Source: Candidatus Palauibacter australiensis (GTDB lineage Bacteria > Gemmatimonadota > Gemmatimonadetes > Palauibacterales > Palauibacteraceae). From it: a stretch of 64,000 nucleotides of DNA. Positions 56,013-64,000 of this stretch are shown here, piece by piece; the first letter of the stretch is position 1; each line of letters opens with the position of its first letter. Where the stretch lies: contig JAPPBA010000155.1 of the NCBI GenBank assembly GCA_026705295.1, positions 670 through 64,669 on the forward strand. Direction: 5' to 3'. The notes under the pieces are model-generated. The model was not told the origin of the DNA. It saw only the letters and a program-made list of their open reading frames with translations, and searched no databases. Made by a program: the position numbers and the translations under genes.

Positions 56013-56425
56013 GAGCGGTATTCGTCGATACCAGCGCCTGGTATCCCTTGGCTGACGGCGCACACCCGGATCATCAGGCGCTTGTCGAGGCTCTCCGCGT
56101 CCGGGTTCGGCGGGGCGTCGCCGTCGTGACTTCCAACCTCGTGGTTGCCGAGAGCCACGCGCTGTTGCTGCGGCGCGTGGGGCGAGAGGTTGCGCTCGCT
56201 TTCCTCGAAGCGGTCCGGCGACCTCCAAATCGGATCGAGCATGTGACACCGGCACGCGAAGACGTGGCTGTCGACGAGTGGATCCGACGTTTCACGGACC
56301 AGGATTTTTCGCTCGCCGACGCCACGAGCTTCGCTATCATGTCCGAGCTGCGGATCCACGAAGCGTTGACACTCGATCGACACTTCGGGACGGCGGGATT
56401 CGTCATGGTCCCCGCCGCGACCTGA
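56009..56425 (+). CDS. vapC: PIN-domain ribonuclease toxin VapC
   Basis: The acidic quartet is in the expected contexts: VFVDTSAW, VVAESHALL, SLADATSFAIM, TLDRHF. Length is 138 aa. Confidence 0.85.
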   Translation: MRAVFVDTSAWYPLADGAHPDHQALVEALRVRVRRGVAVVTSNLVVAESHALLLRRVGREVALAFLEAVRRPPNRIEHVTPAREDVAVDEWIRRFTDQDFSLADATSFAIMSELRIHEALTLDRHFGTAGFVMVPAAT

Positions 56426-56434
56426 ACGGGCTCG

Positions 56435-57352
56435 TCAGGCTGGGGGCGTCCACACGGCGGCGACCGCCGGATCCGGGGCGGGGAGGCGGTCGGGGTGGAG
56501 CAGTCCGCCGAGGATCTCGACGCCGGTGACGAAGCGGGGACCCGAGCGGTTGAAGTAGGAGGAGGCGTCGACGACCCAGGTGCGGCCGTCGGCGACCGCG
56601 CGCGGCGCCACCTCCCGCAGACGTTCGGCGTGCGCGTCGGCATCGGCCCGCGCTGCCTCCAAGCCGTAGCCGCACGGCATGAGGAGGAGCGCGTCGGGAT
56701 CGAGATCTCCCATCTCCTCCCACGACACCTCGCGGGAGGGCTGCCCCGCCTCGCCCGCCAGGTTCCGGCCGCCGGCAAGCTCGACCATCTCGGGCACCCA
56801 GTGACCGGGCGCGAACGGCGGATCGAACCATTCGATCCCGAGCACCCCGGGCGCGTCCGCGTCCCCCACCGCCTCGCGCACCGCGTCGAGTCGCTTCCGG
56901 AGCGATCCCCCCGCGTCCCGGGCGACGTCCGGATCGCCCGCGGCGCGCGCCACCTGCGTGATCGAGGCGAGGATGTCCTCGATCGTATGGGCGTCGAGCG
57001 AGACGACCTCGGCCTCGATCCCGCGCCCCCCGAGCGCCTCCTGCACCTCGTCGGTCGGCACGGCGCACACGTCGCACACGGCTTGAGTGAGGATGACGTC
57101 CGGATCGAGCCTTTCGAGGACGGCCCCGTCGATCTCGTACACGCTGCCGTGTTCGACCATGGCCTGTCGCACGGCGGCGTCGATCTCCCCGCTCGTGAGG
57201 CCCTCCGGGTCGAAGCGGGGGCGGCTGACGCGAGGACGGTCGAGCAGGTGCGGCGGGTGATCGCACTCGTGCGAGATGCCGACGAGACTCTCGCCGAGAC
57301 CGAGCGCGTCGACGATCTCGGTGCCGGACGCGAGGAGCGAGACGATGCGCAT
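56435..57352 (-). CDS. BtuF/FhuD-like (class III) periplasmic-binding-protein fold protein without signal peptide
   Basis: Trimmed to MRIVSLLASGTEIVDALGLGESLVGISHECDHP...PDVILTQ...WFDPPFAPGHWVPEMVELAGG. Its start overlaps the moeB stop (TGATG). Confidence 0.75.
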   Translation of the reverse strand: MRIVSLLASGTEIVDALGLGESLVGISHECDHPPHLLDRPRVSRPRFDPEGLTSGEIDAAVRQAMVEHGSVYEIDGAVLERLDPDVILTQAVCDVCAVPTDEVQEALGGRGIEAEVVSLDAHTIEDILASITQVARAAGDPDVARDAGGSLRKRLDAVREAVGDADAPGVLGIEWFDPPFAPGHWVPEMVELAGGRNLAGEAGQPSREVSWEEMGDLDPDALLLMPCGYGLEAARADADAHAERLREVAPRAVADGRTWVVDASSYFNRSGPRFVTGVEILGGLLHPDRLPAPDPAVAAVWTPPA

Positions 57353-58524
57353 CAGTACTGCGGCATCGCGGGATCGATCTCCTCGGCCCACGCGAGGATC
57401 CCCCCCGCGAGGTTCACGGCGTGCTCGAACCCGACCGCGCGCAGGTACTCGACGGCGCGGTCGCCGCGGGGGCCCGAGCGGCAGTGGATGACGAGGGGTT
57501 CCGACGCGTCCAGGCTCTCCACCGCCTCCGGGAGCGTGGCGAGCGGCACGAGCCGCGCCCCCGCCTCCTCCAGGTTGCAGATCGCCCACTCGTAGTCTTC
57601 GCGTACGTCGATGAGCTGGAAACGCTCGCCGGCGTCGACCCGGCGCTTCAGTTCGTGTACGTCGATGTCGAGGCCGTGCAAGGCGCCCTCCGTTTCCGTG
57701 CGATCCTCCGCGCCGCCGCCGGTCTCCCCGCAGAAGCGCTCGTAGTCGATGAGTTCCGTCACCGTCGGCTCCGGGCCGCACACCACGCACTCGGCGTCAC
57801 GGGCGATGTCCAGCGAGCGGAACTCCATGCGGAGCGCGTCGATGAGGAGCAGGCGTCCGGCGAGCGTGTCGCCGATCCCCGCCAGCCACTTGATCGCCTC
57901 GTTTGCCTGGATCGATCCCACGATGCCGGGCAGGACCCCGAGCACCCCGGCTTCCGCGCAATTCGGCACGAGATCCGGAGGCGGAGGATCCCGGAACAGG
58001 CAGCGATAGCAGGGGCCATCCGGAGCCGCGAACACCGACGCCTGACCCTCTAAGCGGAGGATGGCCCCGTACGCGAACGGTATCCCGAGCATCACGCAGG
58101 CATCGTTCACGAGATACCGGGTCGGGAAGTTGTCGCTGCCGTCGATGACGAAGTCCCATCCCTCGAGAATCTCGAACGCGTTCCCCGAATCCAGGCGCGT
58201 CTCGAAGGTCTCGACGGCGACGTCCGGGTTCAGCCCCGCGAGCCGCGCCCGGGCGGAGGCGAGCTTCGGCGTCCCGACCGCATCCGTGTCGTATAGCACC
58301 TGGCGCTGCAGGTTCGAGAGTTCCACGCGGTCGTGGTCCACGAGGCCGAGCCGTCCCACCCCCGCCGCAGCGAGGTAGAGCGCGGCCGGCGAACCCAACC
58401 CGCCCGCGCCCACGATGAGCACGCTCGAAGCCAGCAGGCGCCGCTGGCCCTCCACCCCCACCTCGGGGATGCTGACGTGACGTCCGTAGCGGACGAGTTC
58501 GTCGCGCGAGAGGCCGCGGTTCAT
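57352..58524 (-). CDS. moeB: MoeB/ThiF-type adenylyltransferase fused to a rhodanese domain
   Basis: Trimmed to MNRGLSRDELVRYGRHVSIPEVGVEGQRRL. The nucleotide loop is IVGAGGLGSPAALYLAAAGVG, Zn Cys pairs are CYRC...CVVC, and the C-terminal rhodanese active site is IHCRSGPRG. Confidence 0.9.
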   Translation of the reverse strand: MNRGLSRDELVRYGRHVSIPEVGVEGQRRLLASSVLIVGAGGLGSPAALYLAAAGVGRLGLVDHDRVELSNLQRQVLYDTDAVGTPKLASARARLAGLNPDVAVETFETRLDSGNAFEILEGWDFVIDGSDNFPTRYLVNDACVMLGIPFAYGAILRLEGQASVFAAPDGPCYRCLFRDPPPPDLVPNCAEAGVLGVLPGIVGSIQANEAIKWLAGIGDTLAGRLLLIDALRMEFRSLDIARDAECVVCGPEPTVTELIDYERFCGETGGGAEDRTETEGALHGLDIDVHELKRRVDAGERFQLIDVREDYEWAICNLEEAGARLVPLATLPEAVESLDASEPLVIHCRSGPRGDRAVEYLRAVGFEHAVNLAGGILAWAEEIDPAMPQY

Positions 58525-58531
58525 CCGTTCC

Positions 58532-59197
58532 TCAGCCGTAGGGCGCGAGGGCGTCGCCGAGCGCCGCCATGTTCGCGGCGATACCCGGCGCCCACCGGAA
58601 GACCGAGGAACCGGCCACGAACACCGACGCCCCCGCCGCGGCGCACACGGGCGCGGACGCGGGATCGATCCCCCCGTCCACCTGGATGGCCGGCGGAGCC
58701 AGCCCGCGATCCGCGGCCATCCGAAGCACCGTGGAAATCTTCGGCACCGCCTCGGCGATGAACTTCTGTCCTCCAAACCCCGGGTTCACCGTCATCACGA
58801 GGACGAGATCCACGTATCCCAGGACTTCCGACAGCGTCTCCGCGGGCGTGGCCGGGTTGAGCGCGACGCCGGCGTAGCAGCCAAGCTCCCGGATCCGGTG
58901 CAGGTCCCCGTGCAGGTGGGCCGACACCTCCTGGTGGACCGTGAGCATGTCGGCCCCGGCCGCCGCGAACGGCTCGAGGAACTCGCCGGGGTTGTCGATC
59001 ATCAGGTGCACGTCGAGGAAGGAGTCGGACACGGCGCGCAACGACTCCAGCACCGGCAGCCCGATCGTGAGGTTGGGGACGAAGTGCCCGTCCATGACGT
59101 CGAGTTGGAACCACTCCGCGCCCGCCGCCTCCGCCTCGGCCACCTCCGCACCCAGCCGCGCGTAGTCCGCGGCGAGGATCGACGGGGCGATCACCAT
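58532..59197 (-). CDS. rpe: ribulose-phosphate 3-epimerase
   Basis: Trimmed to MVIAPSILAADYARLGAEV...LDVMDGHFVPNLTIG...VHLMI...MTVNPGFGGQKF...VDGGI. Confidence 0.93.
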   Translation of the reverse strand: MVIAPSILAADYARLGAEVAEAEAAGAEWFQLDVMDGHFVPNLTIGLPVLESLRAVSDSFLDVHLMIDNPGEFLEPFAAAGADMLTVHQEVSAHLHGDLHRIRELGCYAGVALNPATPAETLSEVLGYVDLVLVMTVNPGFGGQKFIAEAVPKISTVLRMAADRGLAPPAIQVDGGIDPASAPVCAAAGASVFVAGSSVFRWAPGIAANMAALGDALAPYG

Positions 59198-59233
59198 CCC
59201 CCCGGGCAGCTCCCGATTCAGTCCGCGCTCAGT

Positions 59234-59269
59234 CACGATCCCATGCTCCCTCGCGATCCCATGCTCTCT
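59234..59269. repeat. 18-bp tandem direct repeat between kbl and rpe
   Basis: CACGATCCCATGCTCCCT (59234..59251) and CGCGATCCCATGCTCTCT (59252..59269) are identical at 16 of 18 positions. Confidence 0.85.
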
Positions 59270-59292
59270 GCAGTCTCCGTGGCGCCAAGGCG

Positions 59293-60519
59293 TCAGATCA
59301 GGTGGAGCCGCTCGCCCACCTTCTTCAGGGCGGCGAGGGCGGCGTCGATGTGTTCTCGCTCGTGCGCGGCCGACAACTGACAGCGGATCCGGGCCTCCCC
59401 GCGCGGGACCACCGGATATCCGAACCCGATGACGAACACGCCCTCGCGCAGCAGTTCGCGGCTGAGCCGGATCGCATCCGCCGTCCTTCCGATGATGACG
59501 GGGACGATGGGCGTGCCGCCGGGAATCGGCTTGTATCCGAGTTCGATCAACCCCTCCCGATAATACTCCGTGTTGTCGCGGAGCCGGGCCACGAGTTCCG
59601 GGTGCGCCTCCAGGTGCTCGATCGCGGCCATGGCCCCGGCCGCCGAATGGCAGGGCAGGGCGTTGGTGAACAACTGGGTGCGCGACGCCTGGACGAGATA
59701 GTCGATGACGGCTTCGGAGCTGGCCGTGAAGCCGCCCGCCATGCCCCCGAGCGCCTTGCCGACCGTCGACGTGACGATGTCGACCTCGCCGTGCATCCCG
59801 AAGTGCTCGGGCGTCCCCCGTCCCGTGTCGCCCAGCACCCCCGTCGAGTGCGAGTCGTCCACGGCCATGATCGCGTCGTAGCGGTCGCACAGTTCCCGGA
59901 TCTCCGGGAGCGGCGCGATCTCCCCCTCCATCGAGAAGATGCCGTCCGTGATGACGAGCCGGTGGCGCGCGTCGCGGCTCGCCTCGAGGGCCTCGCGCAG
60001 GGAGTCCATGTCCATGTGGTCGTAGATGAAGCGGCGCGCCTTGCAGAGGCGGATTCCGTCGATGATGCAGGCGTGGTTGAGCCGGTCCGAGATCAGGGCG
60101 TCATCCGCGCCCAGGAGTGGCGCGAAGAGGCCCTCGTTCGCGTTCCACGCGGAGGTGTAGGTGAGGGAGGCCGGCGTCTCGAGGAAGTCCGCGATCTTCG
60201 CCTCGAGTTCGCGGTGGATGTCGAACGTCCCGCAGATGAAGCGCACCGAGGAGGTCCCCGCGCCGTACTCGTCCACCCCGTCCTTCACCGCCTTCATCAC
60301 CGAGGGTTCGTCGCACAGGCCCAGGTAGTTGTTCGAGCACATGTTGATGGTCTCGCCCAGGCCATCGATGTCCACGACGGGAGCCTGCCGCCCCATGATG
60401 TGCAGCAGTTCCTTGTGAACCCCGTTCTCCCTCATCTCCCCGAGTTCGGAGACGAGGCGGTGCTCGAGGCCCCGGTTCACATTCGACATCATCACATCCC
60501 GCTCCTCATACAGTGTCAT
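59293..60519 (-). CDS. kbl: glycine C-acetyltransferase (2-amino-3-ketobutyrate CoA ligase)
   Basis: INMCSNNYLGL...DDSHSTGVLG...TSTVGKALGG includes the PLP-Lys. The start is ATG 60519 (MTLYEERDV) or 60492 (MMSNVNRG). Confidence 0.92.
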   Translation of the reverse strand: MTLYEERDVMMSNVNRGLEHRLVSELGEMRENGVHKELLHIMGRQAPVVDIDGLGETINMCSNNYLGLCDEPSVMKAVKDGVDEYGAGTSSVRFICGTFDIHRELEAKIADFLETPASLTYTSAWNANEGLFAPLLGADDALISDRLNHACIIDGIRLCKARRFIYDHMDMDSLREALEASRDARHRLVITDGIFSMEGEIAPLPEIRELCDRYDAIMAVDDSHSTGVLGDTGRGTPEHFGMHGEVDIVTSTVGKALGGMAGGFTASSEAVIDYLVQASRTQLFTNALPCHSAAGAMAAIEHLEAHPELVARLRDNTEYYREGLIELGYKPIPGGTPIVPVIIGRTADAIRLSRELLREGVFVIGFGYPVVPRGEARIRCQLSAAHEREHIDAALAALKKVGERLHLI

Positions 60520-60545
60520 GATCGCGTCGTCCCGGATCGCATCGC

Positions 60546-61208
60546 TCAGGGGTAGAGGTCGCCGACCCGCTTGTCGGTGGCCCACGCGGTGTCCACACGG
60601 ATTCTGGGGCGCGACCCCCAGTTGCCGCACGAGATGAAGCCTCGCAACTGCCCGCGGACATGGAGGACGCGATCGGTCCCCGCCTCGCGAAGCTCGGGGC
60701 TGAGGCCGTCGAGCGCGAATACCCGCTGGCCGCCGATCCACCCCGGGCCGAACAGCCAGCACCCGGCCGCCTCGCGAATCGTCCCCTCGCCCCACGTGCG
60801 GATGCCGGAGAATCCTCCGCTGTCCGTCGCGACGAGCGTGCCGAGATCGATGTCGGTCGCGGTGCGGACCCGGTAGCGCCCGGGGGTCTCGAGCGTGATG
60901 GGCCGTGCCTCGTAGAAGCTGACGTGCTGGGGCGCGCACATGGTGCGGAAGGTGCTCCGCCGGGCCGCGAGGTCGATCGAGGAGTCGGTGACCGCAAGCG
61001 TGGCGGTGTCCAGCCGGCCGCACTGGTCCTCGGACACGGGCCCGCCGAACTCGAAGGAGAACGGCGCACCCACCTCGACCGTCTCCGGATACGCGACCCA
61101 GGTGACGAGCGCCTCGCTGGGGGCGCCCTCCCCGATCCGCCAGCACCCGGCCGCCAGCAGCGCGGCGGCGGCGAAGGCCGGGACGACGGGGGCGGCGGCG
61201 CGCGCCAC
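60546..61208 (-). CDS. lipoprotein, hypothetical, inserted between tdh and kbl
   Basis: Trimmed to the GTG at 61208 (VARAAAPVVPAFAAAALLAAGC, lipobox). The domain YPETVEVGAPFSFEFGGPVSEDQC...TMC resembles the 151-aa lipoprotein at 38544..38999. Confidence 0.65.
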   Translation of the reverse strand: MARAAAPVVPAFAAAALLAAGCWRIGEGAPSEALVTWVAYPETVEVGAPFSFEFGGPVSEDQCGRLDTATLAVTDSSIDLAARRSTFRTMCAPQHVSFYEARPITLETPGRYRVRTATDIDLGTLVATDSGGFSGIRTWGEGTIREAAGCWLFGPGWIGGQRVFALDGLSPELREAGTDRVLHVRGQLRGFISCGNWGSRPRIRVDTAWATDKRVGDLYP

Positions 61209-61221
61209 GGGGACCGGGCTG

Positions 61222-62253
61222 CTAGTCCAGCATGAGGACGACCTTCGCCGCCTCGCCGGAATACATGGAGTCGAACCCTTCCGCGAAGCGGTCGAACGGG
61301 AGCCGGTGGGTGATGACCGGCTCGACATCGAGACGCCCCGACGCCAGGAAGTCCCGCATCTCGATCCACGTCCGGTACATGAGCCGCCCCACCACGCCGT
61401 ACACGTGGAGACCCTTGAAGATGACGTCGCGCGCGAGGTCGACTTCCACCGGGTCCTTCGGCAGCCCCAGCAGCCGGACGTGCCCGCCGTTGCGGCACAT
61501 GCGGAACGCGGAGCGCACGCCCTCGGGGTGTCCGCTCATCTCGCACACCACGTGCGCCCCGTAGCCGTGCGTGACGTCGGCGATCCGCGCCTCCACGTCG
61601 CCGTCGGCCGGGTCGAGGCAGTCGTGCGCGCCCATCCGCGCCGCGAGTTCCCGCCGCCCCTCGTGCGGCTCGACCGCGATGACCCTGGAGGCTCCCGCCG
61701 CGCGCGCGATCCCGACGGCGAACAGGCCGATCGGGCCGCAGCCGACCACGGCGACGACCCGCCCCGCCACGTCCGTGTGCAGAACCGTGTGGAAAGCGTT
61801 CCCGAGCGGGTCGAACACCGCCGCCAGGTCGTCGTCGATGGAGTCGGGGACGTGGATGATGTTCGCCGCGGGGATGGAGACGTACTCCGCGAAGGCGCCG
61901 TCCCGGTCGATGCCGATGATCCGCGTGTCCCGGCACACGTGCGCCTGCTCGGTGCCGCAGTACTCGCAGTGTCCGCAGACCAGGTGCCCCTCCGCCGAGA
62001 CGCGGTCGCCGACCTCGATGTTCCGCACCAGCCGGCCGGTCTCGACGACCTCTCCCATGAATTCGTGGCCGAGCGTGACGGGCGGATTCACGCGATGCCG
62101 CGACCAGCGGTCCCACTGGTGAATGTGCAGGTCCGTGCCGCAGATCCCTGCTCGCCGCACCTTCACGAGCACGTCGCGGGAGCGAATCTCGGGCACCGGC
62201 GCGTCGCACAGCACGAGGCCGGGGGCCGGCCCGGGTTTGCGGATCGCTTTCAT
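61222..62253 (-). CDS. tdh: L-threonine 3-dehydrogenase
   Basis: The zinc-ADH motifs are GICGTDLHIHQWD and GHEFMGEVVE. The NAD loop is VVGCGPIGL. It lies upstream of kbl. Confidence 0.93.
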   Translation of the reverse strand: MKAIRKPGPAPGLVLCDAPVPEIRSRDVLVKVRRAGICGTDLHIHQWDRWSRHRVNPPVTLGHEFMGEVVETGRLVRNIEVGDRVSAEGHLVCGHCEYCGTEQAHVCRDTRIIGIDRDGAFAEYVSIPAANIIHVPDSIDDDLAAVFDPLGNAFHTVLHTDVAGRVVAVVGCGPIGLFAVGIARAAGASRVIAVEPHEGRRELAARMGAHDCLDPADGDVEARIADVTHGYGAHVVCEMSGHPEGVRSAFRMCRNGGHVRLLGLPKDPVEVDLARDVIFKGLHVYGVVGRLMYRTWIEMRDFLASGRLDVEPVITHRLPFDRFAEGFDSMYSGEAAKVVLMLD

Positions 62254-62460
62254 GGCGACGGAAGATGGCTGCTAGTGTCGTGTCCCGGAAATACCCCGGC
62301 CATTCGAGCGCCGCTGCATCCGCCGGAGGGTCTGACCAGGCGGCAAGCGCCGGGAACCCGGGGGGGCGGCCTTCCGTACGATGCTTCAGCGGGGAGCCGC
62401 TGACGGCCGCGGGGCGCCGTCCCGGCGGCCTCGCGACCATTCTGGAGTCGGATCGGACCT

Positions 62461-63141
62461 GTGCGCACGACGACAAGGAAACGGCCGGACTGGCGATACC
62501 GGTTCGCCTCATCGCGTTCCCGTGGCCGCGAGCGGGCCGTGTGGTGGGGCGGGATGCTCGCCTCCGCCCTCCTGCACGCGTTCCTCCTCCTCGCGTGGGT
62601 GCGCCCCGTGCCCGAGTTCGATCCGGCGGCCCGGTCCGGCGAGGATCCGGATCTTCTCGCCGGCGGAGGCGGCCTGAGGGCGCTCAGGGTGTCCATGCCC
62701 CGGCGGGTCGAGATCCCTCCGCCGCCTCGGCCCGTCCTCGCCGTCGACATGCCCGAGATCCAGGTCCGCGAGGCGGAGATCGAGGTCGCCTCCGAACTGC
62801 TCCCCGTCGGTGCGCCGGCACCGTCGGCCGGTCTCGGGGCCGGGTTCGGCGCCGGCGAGGAAGGAGCGGGCGGCGGCGAGGGCGACGGCTACGTGTCGCC
62901 CGTGCCGAGGTCCGTCGTGCCGCACTGGGACCCGCCGAGCGCCGTCCGCGGCATGGAGGTGACGGTGCGCGTCTTCGTCGACGCGACCGGGCGTCCCAGC
63001 CTGGTTGAACTGGATCCCCCGACCCCGGATGAGGACTTCAACCGCGACATCATGCGCCAGGTGCGGGGGTGGGAGTACCGCCCCGCGCTCCGCCACGGGA
63101 CCCCGGTCGACGGCTGGGCCGAGATCACCTTCATCTTCTGA
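62461..63141 (+). CDS. TonB-family protein (C-terminal domain)
   Basis: It has an N-terminal anchor (WWGGMLASALLHAFLLLAWV), a Pro-rich linker, and a C-terminal VTVRVFVDATGRPSLVEL...GWEYRPALRHGTPVDGWAEITFIF. Confidence 0.8.
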   Translation: MRTTTRKRPDWRYRFASSRSRGRERAVWWGGMLASALLHAFLLLAWVRPVPEFDPAARSGEDPDLLAGGGGLRALRVSMPRRVEIPPPPRPVLAVDMPEIQVREAEIEVASELLPVGAPAPSAGLGAGFGAGEEGAGGGEGDGYVSPVPRSVVPHWDPPSAVRGMEVTVRVFVDATGRPSLVELDPPTPDEDFNRDIMRQVRGWEYRPALRHGTPVDGWAEITFIF

Positions 63142-63248
63142 CACCTTCCGACCCCCTCCGCCGCGTCCGCGGATGACCGTTTGACGACCGGTTGATCCGC
63201 TCCCCGATCCTCGGGCAGGAATCGGACCTGGTATGGGGGAGGTGAGGG

Positions 63249-63947
63249 GTGTGGGATCTGAATCGCGCGGAACGCAAGGCAATGGGCGCGGCGCTCGTAC
63301 TCGTGGGGGTGAGTCTCGTGACGCGCACCCTCCTCGCCCCCGACCCGGGCCGGCTTGAAGGTCTCGAAGCGATCGACCCCGCGACGGATCTGGCGGGCGT
63401 CGAGGGCGAGGTCGTCGCTGCGCTGACCCGGGAGCGGCGGGCGCAGACGCCGCTCGCCGATGGGGAACGGATCGACGTGAACCGCGCCCCGGCCGACGAG
63501 TTGCGCCGGCTGCCCGGAGTCGGTCCGAGCTTGGCGGAGGCTCTCATCGACGAGCGGCAACATGCTCCGTTCCGCGAAACGGCCGACCTGGAACGGGTCA
63601 GTGGAGTGGGAGAGGTCACCGCGCGCCGCCTTGCGCCGCATATCCGTTTCGAGCCCGGGGCGCCCCGCCTGGCTCCCGCGCCCGCCGCGCCCCTCCTGGC
63701 TCCCGCTGGCGCCGCGCCGATGGCGACGGGCTGTCCACCCGGCGGCGGACGGATCGATCTCAACCGGGCCGATCGCGCACAACTCGAGAGCCTGTCCGGC
63801 ATCGGGCCCGCCCTCGCGGCCCGCATCATCGACGACCGAAGCGAGAACGGACCGTTCAAAACGCCCGAGGCCGTCACCCGCGTCCGGGGCATCGGGGCAC
63901 GCACGCTCGCCCGCTTCCGGGAACAGCTATGCGCGGGTACGCGGTGA
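63249..63947 (+). CDS. ComEA-like protein with two helix-hairpin-helix DNA-binding modules
   Basis: It has a TM anchor followed by two copies of the ComEA pattern: IDVNRAPADELRRLPGVGPSLAEALIDERQHAPF and IDLNRADRAQLESLSGIGPALAARIIDDRSENGPF. Confidence 0.8.
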   Translation: MWDLNRAERKAMGAALVLVGVSLVTRTLLAPDPGRLEGLEAIDPATDLAGVEGEVVAALTRERRAQTPLADGERIDVNRAPADELRRLPGVGPSLAEALIDERQHAPFRETADLERVSGVGEVTARRLAPHIRFEPGAPRLAPAPAAPLLAPAGAAPMATGCPPGGGRIDLNRADRAQLESLSGIGPALAARIIDDRSENGPFKTPEAVTRVRGIGARTLARFREQLCAGTR

Positions 63948-64000
63948 CGCCTTCCCGGGCCGCGGCCACCCCGGCCCCGAAGCGGAAGCGGCCGGCGCCG

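Overview
High-G+C bacterial chromosomal segment. G+C was judged by eye, not computed. I call about 60 protein-coding genes and saw no rRNA, tRNA or CRISPR array. Many long ORFs in the track are antisense or out-of-frame artefacts of the G+C bias, or carry spurious N-terminal extensions; starts were re-placed by hand where homology made that possible. Most of the window is housekeeping: acs, leuS, yggX, waaA, an MsbA-like ABC exporter, a UvrA-family protein, gyrA, DsbA/VKOR, a short Bacteroidota-type sigma-70, ccmABCD, apgM, csoR-copA, pspA, serA with a class-V aminotransferase, moeB/thiF-rhodanese, rpe, tdh-kbl, TonB-like and ComEA-like genes. Very tight gene packing is common, with many ATGA/GTGA/TGATG stop-start overlaps. 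The part most worth a second look is an accessory-looking segment at about 32.83-42.54 kb that looks lower in G+C. It holds three paralogous beta-propeller-like lipoproteins (the first frameshifted), a CarboxypepD_reg-domain protein, about 0.5 kb of apparently decayed sequence, and a minus-strand block of PAS histidine kinase, LuxR-type response regulator, alpha-lytic-type S1 pre-pro-protease and a translationally coupled small lipoprotein. These blocks are separated by four same-orientation copies of a conserved element: an 18-26 nt palindrome followed by GGGGTCAGGCGGTGCT. The last copy forms the real 3' end and terminator of the SPW-repeat gene downstream of copA, and no recombinase is visible in the window. 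Other notable items are an apparently orphan Dam-class methyltransferase fused into an operon with an aminopeptidase and yggX, a motif-degenerate DEAD-box/DbpA homolog coupled to an RCK K+ channel, a vapBC module, a structured 316-bp element upstream of leuS, and several short tandem duplications. The taxonomic guess, a high-G+C FCB-group lineage such as Gemmatimonadota, is inference only.
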